Of a DNA stretch of 64,000 nucleotides, positions 62,389 to 64,000 are shown one piece after another. Positions within the stretch are counted from its first letter, which is position 1. Every line of letters starts with the position of its first letter. A program made the position numbers and the translations under genes. Origin of the DNA: Octopus vulgaris (taxonomy: Eukaryota); contig OX597825.1 in assembly GCA_951406725.2 (NCBI GenBank), forward strand, positions 33,542,001-33,606,000, written 5' to 3'. Below the pieces are notes generated by a model. The model was not told the DNA's origin. It was given only the letters and a program-made list of their open reading frames with translations, and did not search any database.

Positions 62389-63807
62389 ATTTGAAGCAAC
62401 ATGGTTTTGAAGCAAACTTCTTAACCACATGTCTATATCTGCACTCTGTTAGAAACCATATATATTGCAGGGAATATTTTGGTTTGGTGTTAATTTTACA
62501 GCAAACTGTAGATGCCGCTTGGTCTTGATCTTAAGATGGTGTAACTTATAACGTTAATACACTTGACAAAATCTTAACCATCACAACACCCCACATTATA
62601 GATTTACGTTTACATATTTAAGTAAAACATTGTTCTATATTGTGATGGAAATGACAATATGTTAGAGTATTTTAGCTCTCACCTTTTGATGTTCTGAATT
62701 CAGATCTCATCATGGTCAGTTTTGCTTTTTACCTCTCTGGGGTTGAGGAATAAAAGAAACTAGCTAATTTCTGGAATCAGTTTAACCACCTGATGCTGTT
62801 GTCTCTCTGGCTTCTTCAAATCAAAAGATTATGGTTTAAAACCCCAAATGTATTTTTGTAGTATTGCTTGTGCATTAAGAGCAGATGAAAGTATAAAAAT
62901 AATGGCCATTGTATTCTTGTAAAGAGCAGCAACCCCATGTATTATTAGCCTTGAAAGGCATAATGATGGATCACTACTACACAGATGTTGTGATTAACCA
63001 TTTTACCGTGGAAATCAGATTGATATACCATCCTCTCTGTTGTTGAGGATTGCCATGTTTGAAACTAATTTTGGTGAGATGTGTCAAGTTTTTTGTGACT
63101 AGCAGAATATACCAATTCTATTTTTTAGTAGGTATTTGACATCATTATGGGAATGGTCTTGAGAATTTCACAGTGAAATGTTTAATGGGTATGTGATGGG
63201 TACTTCAACATGCCCAATGCATTTTGATGGGAAAAAAACGTGCTATATGGTATGATGTTGAATTCTCAAAGCACCTTATTCTGTAAATGTAACTTCGGAA
63301 AAAGAATCAATAGCACTATTCCTTATTTCTGACCATTAAATCTGTGGTGGAGTTAAAAAAAAAGTAACTAAAAAACAAAATAGGTGTTGATTTGATTAAA
63401 ATAATTTTCAATCATTTTTAGAATATAATGGAAAACCATTCTGTATAAAATTATTATTGTTGAATTAAGTTTCAAGTATATTTCTTGTTGAAACATAATT
63501 TTCCAGTAATTTTCCTGTCATATATCCAATGGTGTATCTAACAACATCTAATTGATATTTCTACATTTCTTTACTCTAAATTTTTTTCTCTCTATTTCAA
63601 AGATACCATTCAAATTGGTATGTAGACATTTTAAGCATCAATTTAAAACTGAAACAGAGCAACACACCTACTGACATTAGTTGGCTTATTATTCCTTTTT
63701 GTCTCAAATTAGTGCTTGTTTTGTTTACTACCATTTACACTGAATGTCTTGACAGTTAATTTAAAACTTGAGATGTTGAATGTTGTATTCGAAGACGACC
63801 CAGCATT

Positions 63808-64000
63808 TTATCATCATCACTGTTCTGCCATCCATTTTTCCATGCTTGCATGGGTGGTTGGGCAGGTGTTTCTTTAACACTTGTTGTAGCCATTTAGTCA
63901 TTTTAAGATCAGCCTTTACCACTTTCCCCCATGTCTTCTCTGGTCTTCCTCCTCTGCAGAATCATTTAACTGTGGTGTAAGGGACATCATAGTTTTTTCC
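63808..64000 (-). mobile_element. RTE LINE 3' end with GAT tail
   Basis: Minus strand CRGGRPEKTWGKVVKADLK (RTE GRP.KTW motif), then acccatgcaagcatggaaaaatggatg...gatgatgat. Confidence 0.82.

Overview
AT-rich animal genomic DNA. The repeat families and microsatellite load suggest a coleoid cephalopod, probably an octopus; this is my inference, not a database result. The window is almost entirely intronic. The only host coding sequence I can support is two + strand exons of a sorting nexin-27 (SNX27) orthologue: 26882-26964 (C-terminal part of the PDZ domain) and 44831-44979 (PDZ-PX linker and start of the PX domain). They are phase-compatible and separated by a 17,866-bp GT-AG intron. The rest is nested mobile DNA: several tRNA-derived SINE families, an RTE-tailed SINE, RTE and CR1-type LINE 3' ends, TTAA (piggyBac-like), hAT and Tc1/mariner MITEs, a decayed Buster/Charlie-type hAT transposase, a long-TIR foldback element with a 9-bp TSD, and Penelope-like fragments carrying hammerhead-ribozyme-like motifs. 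Nearly all ORFs in the supplied track are repeat or microsatellite artefacts. The most notable observations are: (i) minimal hammerhead-like motifs, one type with a shared non-canonical core; (ii) an RTE insertion with an L1-style 5' inversion; (iii) three local templated insertions with microhomology, each interrupting a SINE; (iv) SINEs that swap 3' modules at an internal microsatellite; (v) a 73-bp-period array built from a repeat head. I found no CRISPR array, operon or intact autonomous element. Repeat boundaries and identities were estimated by eye and may be off by tens of bases. Family labels A-G are my own working names.
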